Source: the human T2T-CHM13v2.0 reference genome, Homo sapiens
Assembly: GCF_009914755.1 (NCBI RefSeq)
Contig: NC_060933.1
Strand: one strand, 5' to 3'
Length of the DNA: 64,000 bases
Below, one piece after another: positions 50,976-64,000 of this stretch. Each line of letters begins with the position of its first letter. Position 1 is the stretch's first letter. The notes under the pieces are model-generated. The model did not search any database. It had not been told where the DNA came from and was given only the letters and a program-made list of their open reading frames with translations. The position numbers were made by a program, and so were the translations under genes.

Positions 50976-51889
50976 GTGCTCTAAGATTTGAGTTCTGGGG
51001 ACAGGTAACTTATCAGCATCTAGGCCTTGGGGATCAGACACATGGCCTTGCATATAATAGACTTACTGGGGAGGTAGTTATTTGAAATGTTTTTTCAGTA
51101 CAGAGTAGTGTGGCATCTGAAATGGCATTTAGGGCTCTTCAAATGATGCAGAATCGCCCTGGAGACTTCCAGCTCACAGTCTGGGAAGAAGACTCCAGAA
51201 TCCTCCCCCTTGGCTTAGAATGGAACAGATAAGAATCTCCTCTGTGTTAGTGATTCCCTCAGGAATCCAAATGATGCCAGGGAGACCAGGCTGAACTAGT
51301 TGCTCCAAAACATCCTAGTGTCTAATAAAACAGATATACTCATGTGCACATAGATCAGCCATCTGCTACATGCCAGGCACTTACAGTGCTAAGAGCTGTA
51401 CGTAAGTTCTTTCAACTGATCCTATTTCCCCATTTTACAGGTGGGGAAAAGTAAATGTCTGGCTGATAAGTGGCTGAATGAGAACCAGATCTGCATGGTT
51501 CCAAAGTTTGTATCCCTAAGCCACTGTTCTACACTGCCTCCTACCATAGAAGTTCCAAAATAATCCTCATTGGCCTGAAGGTCACAAGCACTGCATGATT
51601 TTGGAGATACCTTTTACACTCTGAGAGTTTATACATTCTCAAAATGGGGTAATAATTCCTAGTCAGCTGTGCTGACATTGCAGAGTTAGAGAGTCAAAGG
51701 AGATTATGTATGTGAAAGGGTTTTATAAACTTTAAAGTATCAAAATATTATCACTGTTCTACCAATATATTCTCACCTAAGTCTCCCTAGTCACTAATTC
51801 ATATCACCGTGGCAGAACTGGTATTCTCAACAGCTACATCAGGCATCCAGACTGAGCTCCTGTTGTTTGAGACCAAAATATCTCATCTC

Positions 51890-53300
<1,411 letters not shown>

Positions 53301-53699
53301 ATAGTACTGCTGCCATTTGAGATTGATCCTATGGGGAAAATATGTGGGTGGCCTCCTAAAGGCATTCCACTCATTAGATCATCCCTGTGGGAAAAAGAAA
53401 TGCATCAAACGGCAAATGTTTAATCATGCTCCTTCCTAAGGGATTTATTAGTGCTAAGCAGAAACTGACTCACTATTGATCAAAAGCACAAAATCATTCT
53501 ATTTCCTTTGGATTCCCTGATTACCCCTCCTCCCCAGCTTTCATGACTTTTCCTCCTTGGTTTCTTAGATTTTTATGCCATTGAAGTAAAGTGTTATACA
53601 AATTCCCAGCTCACTGAAATATTTACATCAGTCATATTATTAATTATACTGCCTAACAGTTACTAGGAATTTCTATGCACTGCATACTCAGCTAAGACT

Positions 53700-54009
53700 C
53701 AGGTTGGCAGGGTGCGGTGGCTTACACCTATAATCCCAGCACTTTGGGAGGCTGAAGTAGGGGGATTTCTTGAGCCCAGGAGTTTGAGATCAGCCTGGAC
53801 AGCATGGCAAAACCCTGTCTCCTCTAAAAGTACAAAAATTAGCCAGGTTTGGTGGTGCATGCCTGTAGCCCCAGCTACTAAGGCGCCTAAGGCAAGAGGA
53901 TCACTTGAGCCCAGGAGGCAGAGGTTGCAGTGAGCTGATATCGCATCACTGCACTCCAGCTTGAGAGCAAGACTCTGTCTCAAAAAAAAAAAAAAAAAAA
54001 AAAAAAAAA
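53700..54009 (+). mobile_element. AluJ-like SINE
   Basis: Dimeric Alu, ggatcacttgagcccaggagg, long A tail. Confidence 0.9.
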
Positions 54010-55030
54010 GATTCAGGTCTCCAAATTTTCTTGTTTATGATGCCCATAGTAATTTTTTCTTGGTGCCGCAATACCAGAAGAAACACCTAACAGTTTCATA
54101 TATTAAGTATTTGGATTCAAACAACTTAAGTATTTATGTTCTAACAACTTAGTAGCCATCTGAAAAAATACTTAAAATAAAAATTAAGATTTTATCTAAT
54201 TATTAACCAAAATTATGTACAAATAGAATGTATATACCTGTTGGGCACAAACTTCCCAAACCTTGGAATTAGATTGGATACACTACCCTTATTTTATGTT
54301 CCACATTGATTTCTACACAATGCTTGCTTTTAATTGTAGCAGCTACCAAAAAACTCAGCTCTATGAAGATATGTTATCAAAAGCAATACAGGACAATCCC
54401 ATGTTAAAACTTTGAATGACATTGAGCTAGCAGTTCACATGGTGTCTGCTAAGTATTGAATATTGCCATGTTTCCCTTAAAATTTCAAACTATCCACAGC
54501 ACCCCATGAATGTACTTGGGCACCCTGGGGCACCTCAGCACACACTTTGGGAACCAAGGACATATATGATCTTATTTAATCCTACATTTGTTATGTCTAT
54601 TATCTAAATAAACAAGTATTTGCTCAGTAGCTATTTGATTTGGATAGATTTGGTTAGTCTTAAAGTGCAAAGATAAGTCAGCTTAATCCTATTGTCAATG
54701 TAGAAAAAGAAGAGGTATTACTACATATTTATAATACAAGGGGGAAATCATAGTACTATAAAATGGTGATCACTACTGTATTAAGAAATTTCAGAGGAGA
54801 AAGTTGTATAAAATCAAGTGTCTGGCCAAATCATAGACTATTCAGAATATAATTCCTTCAGGTAATTTTATTACTCTTTTCATTACAGACTTGAAGGCCA
54901 AAAAAACAGATTTTATTGTTGTTCAGAGAACCAAAATGCTTATTATGTGCACTCAGGTGTCCTTTTATCTAGGTGTGTTAGGACATTTTTTCCCTCTTCT
55001 TGCCACTTATTTGGATTCTTATTTAGCACT

Positions 55031-55651
55031 GTGTATTAATCAGTGTTCTCCAGAGAAACCGAACCAGTAGAGGAGAAAGAGAGAGACAGACACAGAAGGT
55101 GAGAGAGATATGAAAGGGGATGTATTATAGAAATTGGCTCATATAATTATGAAGGCTGAGATGCTATATTCAAGCATCTCATTGTATATAGCAAAGGTTC
55201 CCATTGCTATATACAAGCTGGAGAACCAGGAAAGCTGGTACCATAGCTCAGTCCAAATCCCAAGGCCTGAGAACTAGAGAAGCCGATGGTATAACTATTA
55301 GTCTGCAGCCAAAGGCCTGAGAACCTAGGATGCCACTGGTACAATTCCAGAAGTCTGAAGACTGAAGAACCTAGAGTTCTGATGTCCAAGGACAGAAGCA
55401 GACGGGTGTCCCAGTTACAGAAGAGAGGGCAAACTTGCTTCTCCTCTGCCTTTTTGTTCTATCTGCATCCTCAACCAATTTGATGGTCCCCACTCACATT
55501 GGGTGAGGACAGATCTTCCTTTCTCAGTCCACCAATTCAAACGCCAATCTCTTTCAGAAACACCCTCACATACATACTGAGAAATAATGCTTTACCAGCA
55601 ATGTGGGTATCCCTTAACCCAGTCAAGTTGACACCTGAAATCCACCATCAC
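55031..55651 (-). mobile_element. MLT2 (ERVL) LTR
   Basis: tgtatt..tcag.gttctccagagaaac.gaacca...cagtcaagttgacac..aaat..accatcac. Confidence 0.8.
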
Positions 55652-56598
55652 GAGTTGGATCCTTAGCATTTTTATTAAGAGTATTTTGCCACCAGTCTGT
55701 CACTGAAGCATCTTTGAAACATTAATTTCAAGATAACTTTATAAACATATTATTTAATTTATATTCTTTAATTTTAGGGAGGGTTTAAATAAAATTTAAG
55801 GTCTTTCTTTTTTATTTAAATTATAAACTACTCCAATGAAGACTCACTTGCTTATAAAATGAATAGAGCAAATGTGTCTTCTGAACAACTTTCATTACCC
55901 ATGGGCCTCCCTGGACTATTCAGTAATTTGTTAACCATTGTTGGGACAGCCTTAGAGCTGGTTAAGTAATCTATTTTTCCTACAACCACAATATCTGATC
56001 AGTTATTTTCTTCTCAGAATCTGAAGTTATAAAACTGATTCTCTCTTCTGCCTGAGCTGTGTCTTTGATGTTATGGTATTTAACATAAGTGAACCATTAT
56101 CTTTGGTAAACTTCATCATTATGCTTTTCTGTTCACACATGGGTATCATCGGTCATATTAAATTTTTCCACCTCGTAGCAGTATCAAAGGTAGATTTATG
56201 GAGTGCTAAAGGAAATTTAAATTTCTGAGCCCCTCACTTTCACAGACCCTGTGTGGGTGCTGGGGGATGCTGGGAGAAGAGTGTTCCAATTGGGAAGAGG
56301 AAACCAGGTTACCACCAAGAAGCATTTCTAGGCAAGCATTTCTGGGAAATTGCCTAAAGAGATCTCAGAAGACAGGGACCTGAATCTTCAAGGCTTCAGT
56401 AATTTATTGTGTTTCTTTAAATTCCAAATAAATATTCTCTTTAATACCTAGATTTCAATTTGTAATTTGGTATCCTTTTCCTTAAAGGGATCCTCAAGAG
56501 CAATCTACGTTTTCATATTTACAAAGCCTGGATCTGCCCTGACCAGCACTGTAATCAGGATGATTCTATTTCTAAATTCAAACATATTATTCTTTCAG

Positions 56599-56683
56599 AT
56601 AATTTTTGAAGCCATTCGAGGAGTATCAATAAGAAGTGATATTGCCATTGATGATGTTAAATTTCAGGCAGGACCCTGTGGAG
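56599..56683 (+). CDS. MAMDC2: MAMDC2 penultimate exon (IIFEAIRGVSIRSDIAIDDVKFQAGPCG)
   Basis: ttctttcag acceptor, GAG|gtaata donor; 85 nt, phase 0/1; MAM C-terminal motif FEA...DIAIDDV...C. Confidence 0.96.
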
Positions 56684-56816
56684 GTAATATTTTTTCCCAA
56701 TCATATAAGCTTGACTGAAAATGGACTTTGCGATACTGTCTCAAACTACAAGAATACAAATTAAATATTTTTCTATAATAAAAATACTGTTATTGTATAT
56801 TTGTCTTTCCTGACAG

Positions 56817-56881
56817 AAATGGAAGATACAACTCAACAATCATCAGGATATTCTGAGGACTTAAATGAAATTGAGTATTAA
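56817..56881 (+). CDS. MAMDC2: MAMDC2 last coding exon (EMEDTTQQSSGYSEDLNEIEY*)
   Basis: tgtctttcctgacag acceptor; phase 1 matches preceding donor; TAA at 56879-56881; matches recalled MAMDC2 C-terminus. Confidence 0.93.
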
Positions 56882-57825
56882 GAAATGATCTGCATTGGAT
56901 TTACTAGACGAAAACCATACCTCTCTTCAATCAAAATGAAAACAAAGCAAATGAATACTGGACAGTCTTAACAATTTTATAAGTTATAAAATGACTTTAG
57001 AGCACCCTCCTTCATTACTTTTGCAAAAACATACTGACTCAGGGCTCTTTTTTTCTTTTTGCATATGACAACTGTTACTAGAAATACAGGCTACTGGTTT
57101 TGCATAGATCATTCATCTTAATTTTGGTACCAGTTAAAAATACAAATGTACTATATTGTAGTCATTTTAAAGTACACAAAGGGCACAATCAAAATGAGAT
57201 GCACTCATTTAAATCTGCATTCAGTGAATGTATTGGGAGAAAAATAGGTCTTGCAGGTTTCCTTTTGAATTTTAAGTATCATAAATATTTTTTAAGTAAA
57301 TAATACGGGGTGTCAGTAATATCTGCAGAATGAATGCAGTCTTTCATGCTAATGAGTTAGTCTGGAAAAATAAAGTCTTATTTTCTATGTTTTATTCATA
57401 GAAATGGAGTATTAATTTTTAATATTTTCACCATATGTGATAACAAAGGATCTTTCATGAATGTCCAAGGGTAAGTCAGTATTAATTAATGCTGTATTAC
57501 AAGGCAATGCTACCTTCTTTATTCCCCCTTTGAACTACCTTTGAAGTCACTATGAGCACATGGATAGAAATTTAACTTTTTTTTGTAAAGCAAGCTTAAA
57601 ATGTTTATGTATACATACCCAGCAACTTTTATAAATGTGTTAAACAATTTTACTGATTTTTATAATAAATATTTTGGTAAGATTTTGAATAATATGAATT
57701 CAGGCAGATATACTAAACTGCTTTTATTTACTTGTTTAGAAAATTGTATATATATGTTTGTGTATCCTAACAGCTGCTATGAAATTATAAAATTACCTAA
57801 TAAAAATAATTTGAAAATCTTTTCA
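56882..57825 (+). other. MAMDC2: MAMDC2 3'UTR (end approximate)
   Basis: Repeat-free AT-rich stretch after the stop; AATAAA at 57369, 57664 and 57799; Pumilio-type TGTATATA at 57745-57752. Confidence 0.7.
57799..57804 (+). terminator. Probable main polyadenylation signal
   Basis: AATAAA followed by T-rich sequence; choosing this hexamer over 57369/57664 is inference. Confidence 0.6.
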
Positions 57826-58723
57826 CTAGCAATTAACTCATTTCTACATTATTTGTCTTTATCAGAGTATCTTCACTACAACACTGCAGATTCTAATTTG
57901 AATCTCTACTCTGCCACAACAAAATGCTTAAGCCTTTTTATTAGTGACATAAGCACTCTATACATTAATATAATAATTATTACTTTTTTCTCTTAATTTT
58001 CCCTTACCTCTTTTTACTCCACTGATACAATAATTTTTATAGCATGCTTTATTTCACATAGACAATCTCAATTTTTTATCTCATTAGAATGTAAACTCTA
58101 TATCCTAACATGGAGTACAACATTTCTTGCTGTTTTGTTTACTTTTGTATTCTCAGTACCCAGAAAGTGTCTGGTATAGTAAGTGTGCAACAAAAAAATA
58201 CTTGAATGAATGAATGTCTTTCCCACTTCTGTGAGATGGAAATATTTTAGCTCTTTCACAGATAAGGAAACAGAGTCTCAAAAGAGTGAAGAAATTACTC
58301 AAGATTTTGTATCTGTTAAATGGAGGAATTTAAGAGTCTGGTCTGATTCAAAGGCTCATACCTCTTTACTACTTTAGCCAAAAGTCCATTGTTTTCTTGA
58401 AGTTGGGAGGGTTTCCCACTCAAGAGTGTCCAAACTCATAAATTAATCTATTAAGAGCATTATCTTTCTGAATGCAAAGAAAACAAAAAATTCTCAGCTA
58501 CACAAAATAAATATTCTGAAGTTTATGGAGAAAATAAAATTTTATAATAAAACAAAATTTTGCAAATGAAATTCTTTCTATTTATGATTAACTGCCTATA
58601 GTGGAGGAAATCCCTAAACAGAGCTGAAACATTGGGGAAGGAAGATTTCAAGATGTTGATCTATTCAGCTGCGTACTAGGCTAGGCATCATAATTCCTCC
58701 AAAGCATTATTCCTGTCCAGAGC

Positions 58724-58894
58724 TATCAATAAGAAGTGATATTGCCATTGATGATGTTAAATTTCAGGCAGGACCCTGTGGAGGTAATATTTTTTCCCAA
58801 TCATATAAGCTTGACTGAAAACGGACTTTGCGATACTGTCTCAAACTACAAGAATACAAATTAAATATTTTTCTATAATAAAAATACTGTTATT
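58724..58894 (+). repeat. 171-bp duplicate of MAMDC2 exon/intron segment 56624-56794
   Basis: Identical except one base (56722 T vs 58822 C); offset exactly 2100 bp. Confidence 0.97.
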
Positions 58895-60319
58895 TGCTGA
58901 ATTACTGTATTTGCTGAATTAAGGAGTGAAGATTGCATATTCAGGACTCAACACAGTATCTGGTACCTAGTAAGGGGGTTATAATATGTGGTGAGTGAAT
59001 AAAGTCATTCACCAGCCTCCTTGCTGGTAACATAAATCCATAGTAATAATCACAGCTAACATTTGTTGAATACTATTTTCAGACATTGTTCAAAGAGTCT
59101 GTTTCGCTGACACAGCTGTGTTTTTATCCTTACAAGGTCACCTCCTGAACGTGCCAGCTCTCCTACCAGCTCCATCCTCAATGTCAATTTACACTCTAGG
59201 CAAAGATTCCAAGTTTCCCTCTTTCAACAGGATTTATTGGCTACCAAAATTGCCTCTAAGGTTGCTAAACTGGGAATCCTACTAGGGATGCCAACTTTGG
59301 AAATTGGGGGAAAAGAGGGTGGGGGTTGGGGTACTGGATATTGGCTTAGAGCAGAAAAGGAGGTAATTCTTACCAGTTGTTGCTAAGAAACAACCTGAAG
59401 TTAATCTAAGAGAAAAAAAGGAGGTGGAAAGTGAGCTGCTTAACTCCCCTTCCCTCATTTATGCTTCTTCGACAAAATTCGATTGTTTGATGCTTCTTTT
59501 CCCTTTCCAAGTTGCCTTTGGCATTCATTTCAACTATATTTCACCTTCATTTTAACTATATTTCACATGGATGAATACATGGAAGGACAGTAAGCACATT
59601 ATAGGTTTCTCAGGTTTAGAAATGCCCAGGGAGAAGAAATGCTAGCTAACAGATACTGCTTAACAATTTAAGCCCAGTGTTGGCTTTTATTGCAATTCTC
59701 AGCAGCACCTAAACACACAAGTGCTTCAAATAGAAATTGCTTTCTCACACAGATTGCCTTCTCTCCTATAATTTCCTGTCTAGGATGGAGATTATTTGTG
59801 TATAGAAGGGAGTGAAGGACTGAATACTGAGAAAATAGTGCCTGTGATGCAGGGTCTGGTTTAATATGGAGGAAGAAAAGGTTCAACAAAGATTTCTTGA
59901 GAAATCTATGCTCCAGGCATTGTACGGAGCATGGAGGTTACAAAATTGCTCACAGATTAGTGAGGGAGAGAGAGAGAAACCAGTCAACACAGTTCGGAGT
60001 GCTAAGTACAAAACGGTCATATGCCCAGGGTGCTATGGGAGGGCCTCTTGGGGGAATCTGACCTGGCAGGGCAGAGGCAGCCTCCTGGCTGCAGTCTAGG
60101 GAGAGCAGTGGAAAGCAGCAGCGCCCACTCGCACAGTGTCCCTGATGCCTTCATGTCTTCTCTCACACTCTGAGGGCTAAGACCTGGGCTCTGTGACTTC
60201 TTGGTCTCATGCCAGGGACTTGTGTGATTTAACCAGAACTGGGAAAAAAAAAAAAAAAACCCTGAGTTTTTGTAACTAATAATTCTAATGACACTGCATT
60301 TTCAACATATGGATTACTA

Positions 60320-60560
60320 TAAAGAGGTAATATGGCACAGTGATTAAGGACCCTGTTTCTGGATTTATGCTGTCTGTTTAAATCTCGGGTCTGCCACTTA
60401 CAAGCTACGTGACTGAAGGCAAGTCATTTACACCCTCTCTGACTCCTTTTCTTAGTCTGCAAAATGGGGCAAAGACTTATTCCTGCTTCTTAGGTTGCTG
60501 CAAAGATTAAACGAGAATAATATGAGCACCTACAACAGTCTCAGACACACAGAAGCCATT
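60320..60560 (+). mobile_element. MIR
   Basis: tctgccacttac.agct..gtgac...ggcaagtcattta.cctctctg...tctgcaaaatgggg. Confidence 0.7.
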
Positions 60561-60769
60561 CCAGTTTATAAGGTTTCAGTGAAATTTCAGATAAATATGG
60601 TGATTTTTATGTATTCTTTTTCTACGAAGGAATTGTGAGTTTACAGCGCCATCTTAAGGATAAAGCAAACATATAATCTTGTCATTTTATCATCTTTTTG
60701 TTTATTACTCACAGTACAACTCATTTTGACTAGTAGCTGGGTAATGCTTTCCCCTGTGTTCTTCCCACT

Positions 60770-60831
60770 CCACTTGCCCCTAGCAAAATCCCACTTGCCC
60801 CTAGCAAAATCCCACTTGCCCCTAGCAAAAT
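60770..60831. repeat. 21-bp tandem repeat, ~3 copies
   Basis: ccacttgcccctagcaaaatc repeated without mismatch. Confidence 0.95.
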
Positions 60832-62271
60832 GTACCATTGCTAAACCTAACTTCTTGTTTATCTCCTCAAGAATGCTCACTTACTCAGTTTTGTACCCCC
60901 ACTGCCTAGCATACTCAACAAAGATTTCTGGATTAAATAAACAAATGCTTAGTAAAAGCATTTCGTTTAGTACAAACATGCATGTAGGTTTCAAAAATCA
61001 CAAGGAATATAATGGTGCTCTTTGATCCATCACAATTTCACTGGTCATTTTAATATATTTGTCTGGACATTACTCTCCCCAGATAATCCCAGCCTCTAAC
61101 ATTTCATAAACGAACCAGGCTGCACCGTGAATACTTGTATATTTAAAAATACACGGTGAATTCGAACCCAAATCAAAAACCCCACTGACTATTAAAAAAA
61201 TATGGCAAGAAAGGGTGGGGGGAAATGGAAAACAGATACATAAAGGCAGGTGAGTGAAACATCACAATGTATACCTATTGATATCATATAAACATATTGC
61301 TTATTCAAAAAATTAACAAACATGGCAAGATTTATATGCTTAAGAACATGAAGGTATTCTATGTGGCAAAATAAATTATCTAAACGCTGCCCCATTCCCC
61401 TATATACATGTGTACACATACACATACAAGACAAAACATTTAAAAATTCTTGGTGAAATTTGATGACCTTTATTGTAAATGAATACCTAAGCTGGTAGGA
61501 AAGTAAGGGAAATGTCCAGACACCCTCTGCAACCCCTCCTCTGCTTTGAAAAAGAGAACTGAAAAGCAGAGATATAAGTACATAAGCTGACGCTATAGCT
61601 ACCTGGAGGGAGGTTGTCAGTCTTGGTAACCTGGGGGCTTAGGCTCTTAAGCCATAAAGGGATCAGAAAAGAGCCTGCCAAGGGTGGGGAGGATAGAACA
61701 GAGACTTCACAAATAAGCCCAAGACTCTTGAAGAGCTACATTTTTACTAAAAGGGTAAATCCAGACAATAAAATAAAAATAGAAATCTTCCTTCAGCACA
61801 GGGAGATTGGTAGGATGCCAACTCTTCTCCATTTAGACTGTGGTATGGGGGATAGGAGTTCTTCCTTGAGAATTCCTAGTTATATTACACAAATTTAGAG
61901 TGCAAAATTACCCTGACCTCATGATCTGGGAATCCACAAGCTCAAAGTTTAAAGTGAGAATATGTCCCTGGCCAGTGATATTCTTGGGGCACCTGGTTGA
62001 AATTAATATAAAATTCTTTAGGGGACTGTGCACTCAACCTAGGCTGTGCAGAGTTCACACATATAAAACTGCACTAAAGAAAGCTCACAATCCAAAACTA
62101 CAGAACGTTTTGTGAAAGAATCCACTAACAGCAAAAATCAGCTGCTAAGAAACAGAAGAATTATATACCCAAGACTTCATAAGATGAAAATTGTTTGTAG
62201 ACACTTTAAGTATTTTTTAAAATGATTAGAAAAAGATATAATGAAGCCAATACTCTATGAAAATGCAGATA

Positions 62272-62456
62272 GTTTTTGTTTTCATTTTTGTTTTTGTTTT
62301 GAGAGAGAGTCTTACTATGTTGCCCAGACTGGAGTACAGTGGCTATCCATAGGCACAATCATGGTGCACTATAGCCTGAAACTCTGGGCTTAAGTGATCC
62401 TCCTACCTCAGCCTTTCAAGTATCGGGGACTATAGGCACATGGCACTGCACCCAGC
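62272..62456 (-). mobile_element. Alu monomer (FRAM-like) inside old + strand L1M sequence
   Basis: T-rich tail plus one reverse Alu arm; flanks are A-rich L1 ORF1-like sequence. Confidence 0.75.
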
Positions 62457-63059
62457 AAAAAGCAGGTAGATTTTTAAAAAACCGAATAGAACTTCTGCAT
62501 ATAATAAATAATAGTCATAAAATTAAAAATTCAGTGTGAAAGACAAACAAGCAATTAGCCATATCTAAAAGAAAGAGAATGATGAACTGGAATACAAGGT
62601 AATAAAGCTGAGTACAGCACAGAGAGATAAAGAAATGGAAAACATGAAAAAGAATAGGAATGAGAGTCAATGTATTGAAATCAGTGACAGAAAAAGAGAA
62701 TGGGGGAGAGGTAATGCTCAAAGGGAGAATATTTGAGACTGTTTCAGAATTGATTATAGACAAAAATGTTCAAAATCATGAAGTTCAGTAAATTCTGAGC
62801 AATATAAATAAAAATAAATCTATACCTAAATACTTTATGAAATTATGGAACACCAAAATCAAAGAGAAAAATGCAACCAAAATGAAAAGACAGATGAACT
62901 ACAAATGAATGAAAATTAAACAAAATCTAACCCGTCAATAATGAAGCAAGTGAGAAGACAGGGAAATAAAAACCTTAAAATGTTAAGAGGAAATAATATT
63001 CAACCAGAATGAGGACGAAATAATGTCATTTTCAGATAAGAAAGAAATCATGGTATTTT

Positions 63060-64000
63060 TGCTGGCAAGATGGCCAAATAGGAACAGCTCCGGTCTGCAG
63101 CTCCCACTGAGATCGATGCAGAAGGTGGGTGATTTCTGCATTTCCAGCTTAGGTACCTGAGTCATCTCATTGGGACTGGTTGGACAGTGGGTGCAGTCAA
63201 AGTTGGGGGAACAGAAGCAGGGTGGGGCATCACCTCACCGGGAAAGTGCAAGGGGTTGGGGAACTGCCTCTCCTAGCCAAGTAAAGCCATTAGGGACTGT
63301 ACCATGCACTCAGGCCCAGATACTGCACTTTTCCCACGTTCTTCACAACCTGCAGACCAGGAGATTCCCTCCAGTACCTACACCCTGTACCACCAGGGCC
63401 CTGAGTTTACAGCACAAAACTGGGTGGCCATTTGGCAGACACCAAGCTAGTCACAGGAGTTTTTTTTTCATACCCCAGTGGTGCCTGGAATGCCAGTGAG
63501 ACACTCCCCTGGAAAGGGGACTGAAGCCAGGGAGCCAAGTGGTCTGGCTCAGCAGGTCCCACCCCCACGGAGCCCAGCAAGCTGAGATCCAATAGCTTGA
63601 AATTCTTGCACCACCACAGCAGTATAATCTCGACCTGGGATGCTCCAGCTTGGTGGGAGGAGGGGCGACTGCCATTGCTGAGGCTTAGGTAGGCAGTTAT
63701 ACCTTCACAGTGTAAAGAAAGCCGCCCAGAAGTTTGAACTGGGCAGAGCCCACTGCAGCTCAGCAAGGCCACTGCAGCCAGACTGCCTCTCTAGATTCCC
63801 TCCTCTCTGAGCAGGGCATCTCTGAAAAAAAAGGCAACAGCCCCAGTCAGGGACTTATAGATAAAACCCCCATCTCCCTGGGACAGAGCACATTGGGGAA
63901 GGGGTGGTTGTGGGTGCAACTTCAGCAGACTTAAATGTCCCTACCTGTAAGCTCTGAAGAGAGCAGCAGATCTCCCAGGATAGCATTCGAGCTCTGATAA
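63060..64000 (+). mobile_element. 5'UTR of an L1PA7/8-like element running off the window
   Basis: gctggcaagatggccaaataggaacagctccggtctgcagctccc start; homologous to the 10664-16805 element. Confidence 0.88.

Noticed and set aside
57601-57996. 131-aa ORF
   Set aside because: AT-rich 3'UTR/flank spanning the poly(A) signal; no recognisable domain
60770-60831. CRISPR-like array
   Set aside because: Contiguous tandem repeat without spacers, in primate DNA

Overview
Human (or closely related ape) genomic DNA covering the 3' part of MAMDC2 on the + strand. It holds four coding exons (1259-1411, 49144-49403, 56599-56683, 56817-56881) encoding the last MAM domain and C-terminus, then a 3'UTR with AATAAA at 57799. 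The 47.7-kb intron is mostly repeats: three full-length antisense L1s (L1PA7/8-like, L1PA2-like, L1PA5/6-like), a near full-length Tigger7 plus three MER44 relatives, MaLR/ERV LTRs, Alus, L2/MIR, a U2 snRNA retrocopy and an RPL24 processed pseudogene. Most notable observations: (1) an intact L1 ORF0 on the MAMDC2 strand whose first splice donor is in phase with the next MAMDC2 exon, predicting a 171-aa ORF0-MAMDC2 fusion; (2) a 171-bp copy of the penultimate exon/intron 2.1 kb downstream, landing behind a cryptic acceptor in frame with its own stop and AATAAA; (3) an old L1 whose 5'UTR deletion is exactly a GT-AG intron (spliced retrocopy); (4) a 165-bp perfect, probably gene-converted tract between two L1s 26.8 kb apart; (5) an RPL24 retrocopy whose lost ATG is replaced by an in-frame ATG in its target-site duplication. 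Repeat subfamily names come from recalled consensus features, not a database search, and boundaries of old repeats are approximate. None of the proposed transcripts can be shown to be expressed from sequence alone.
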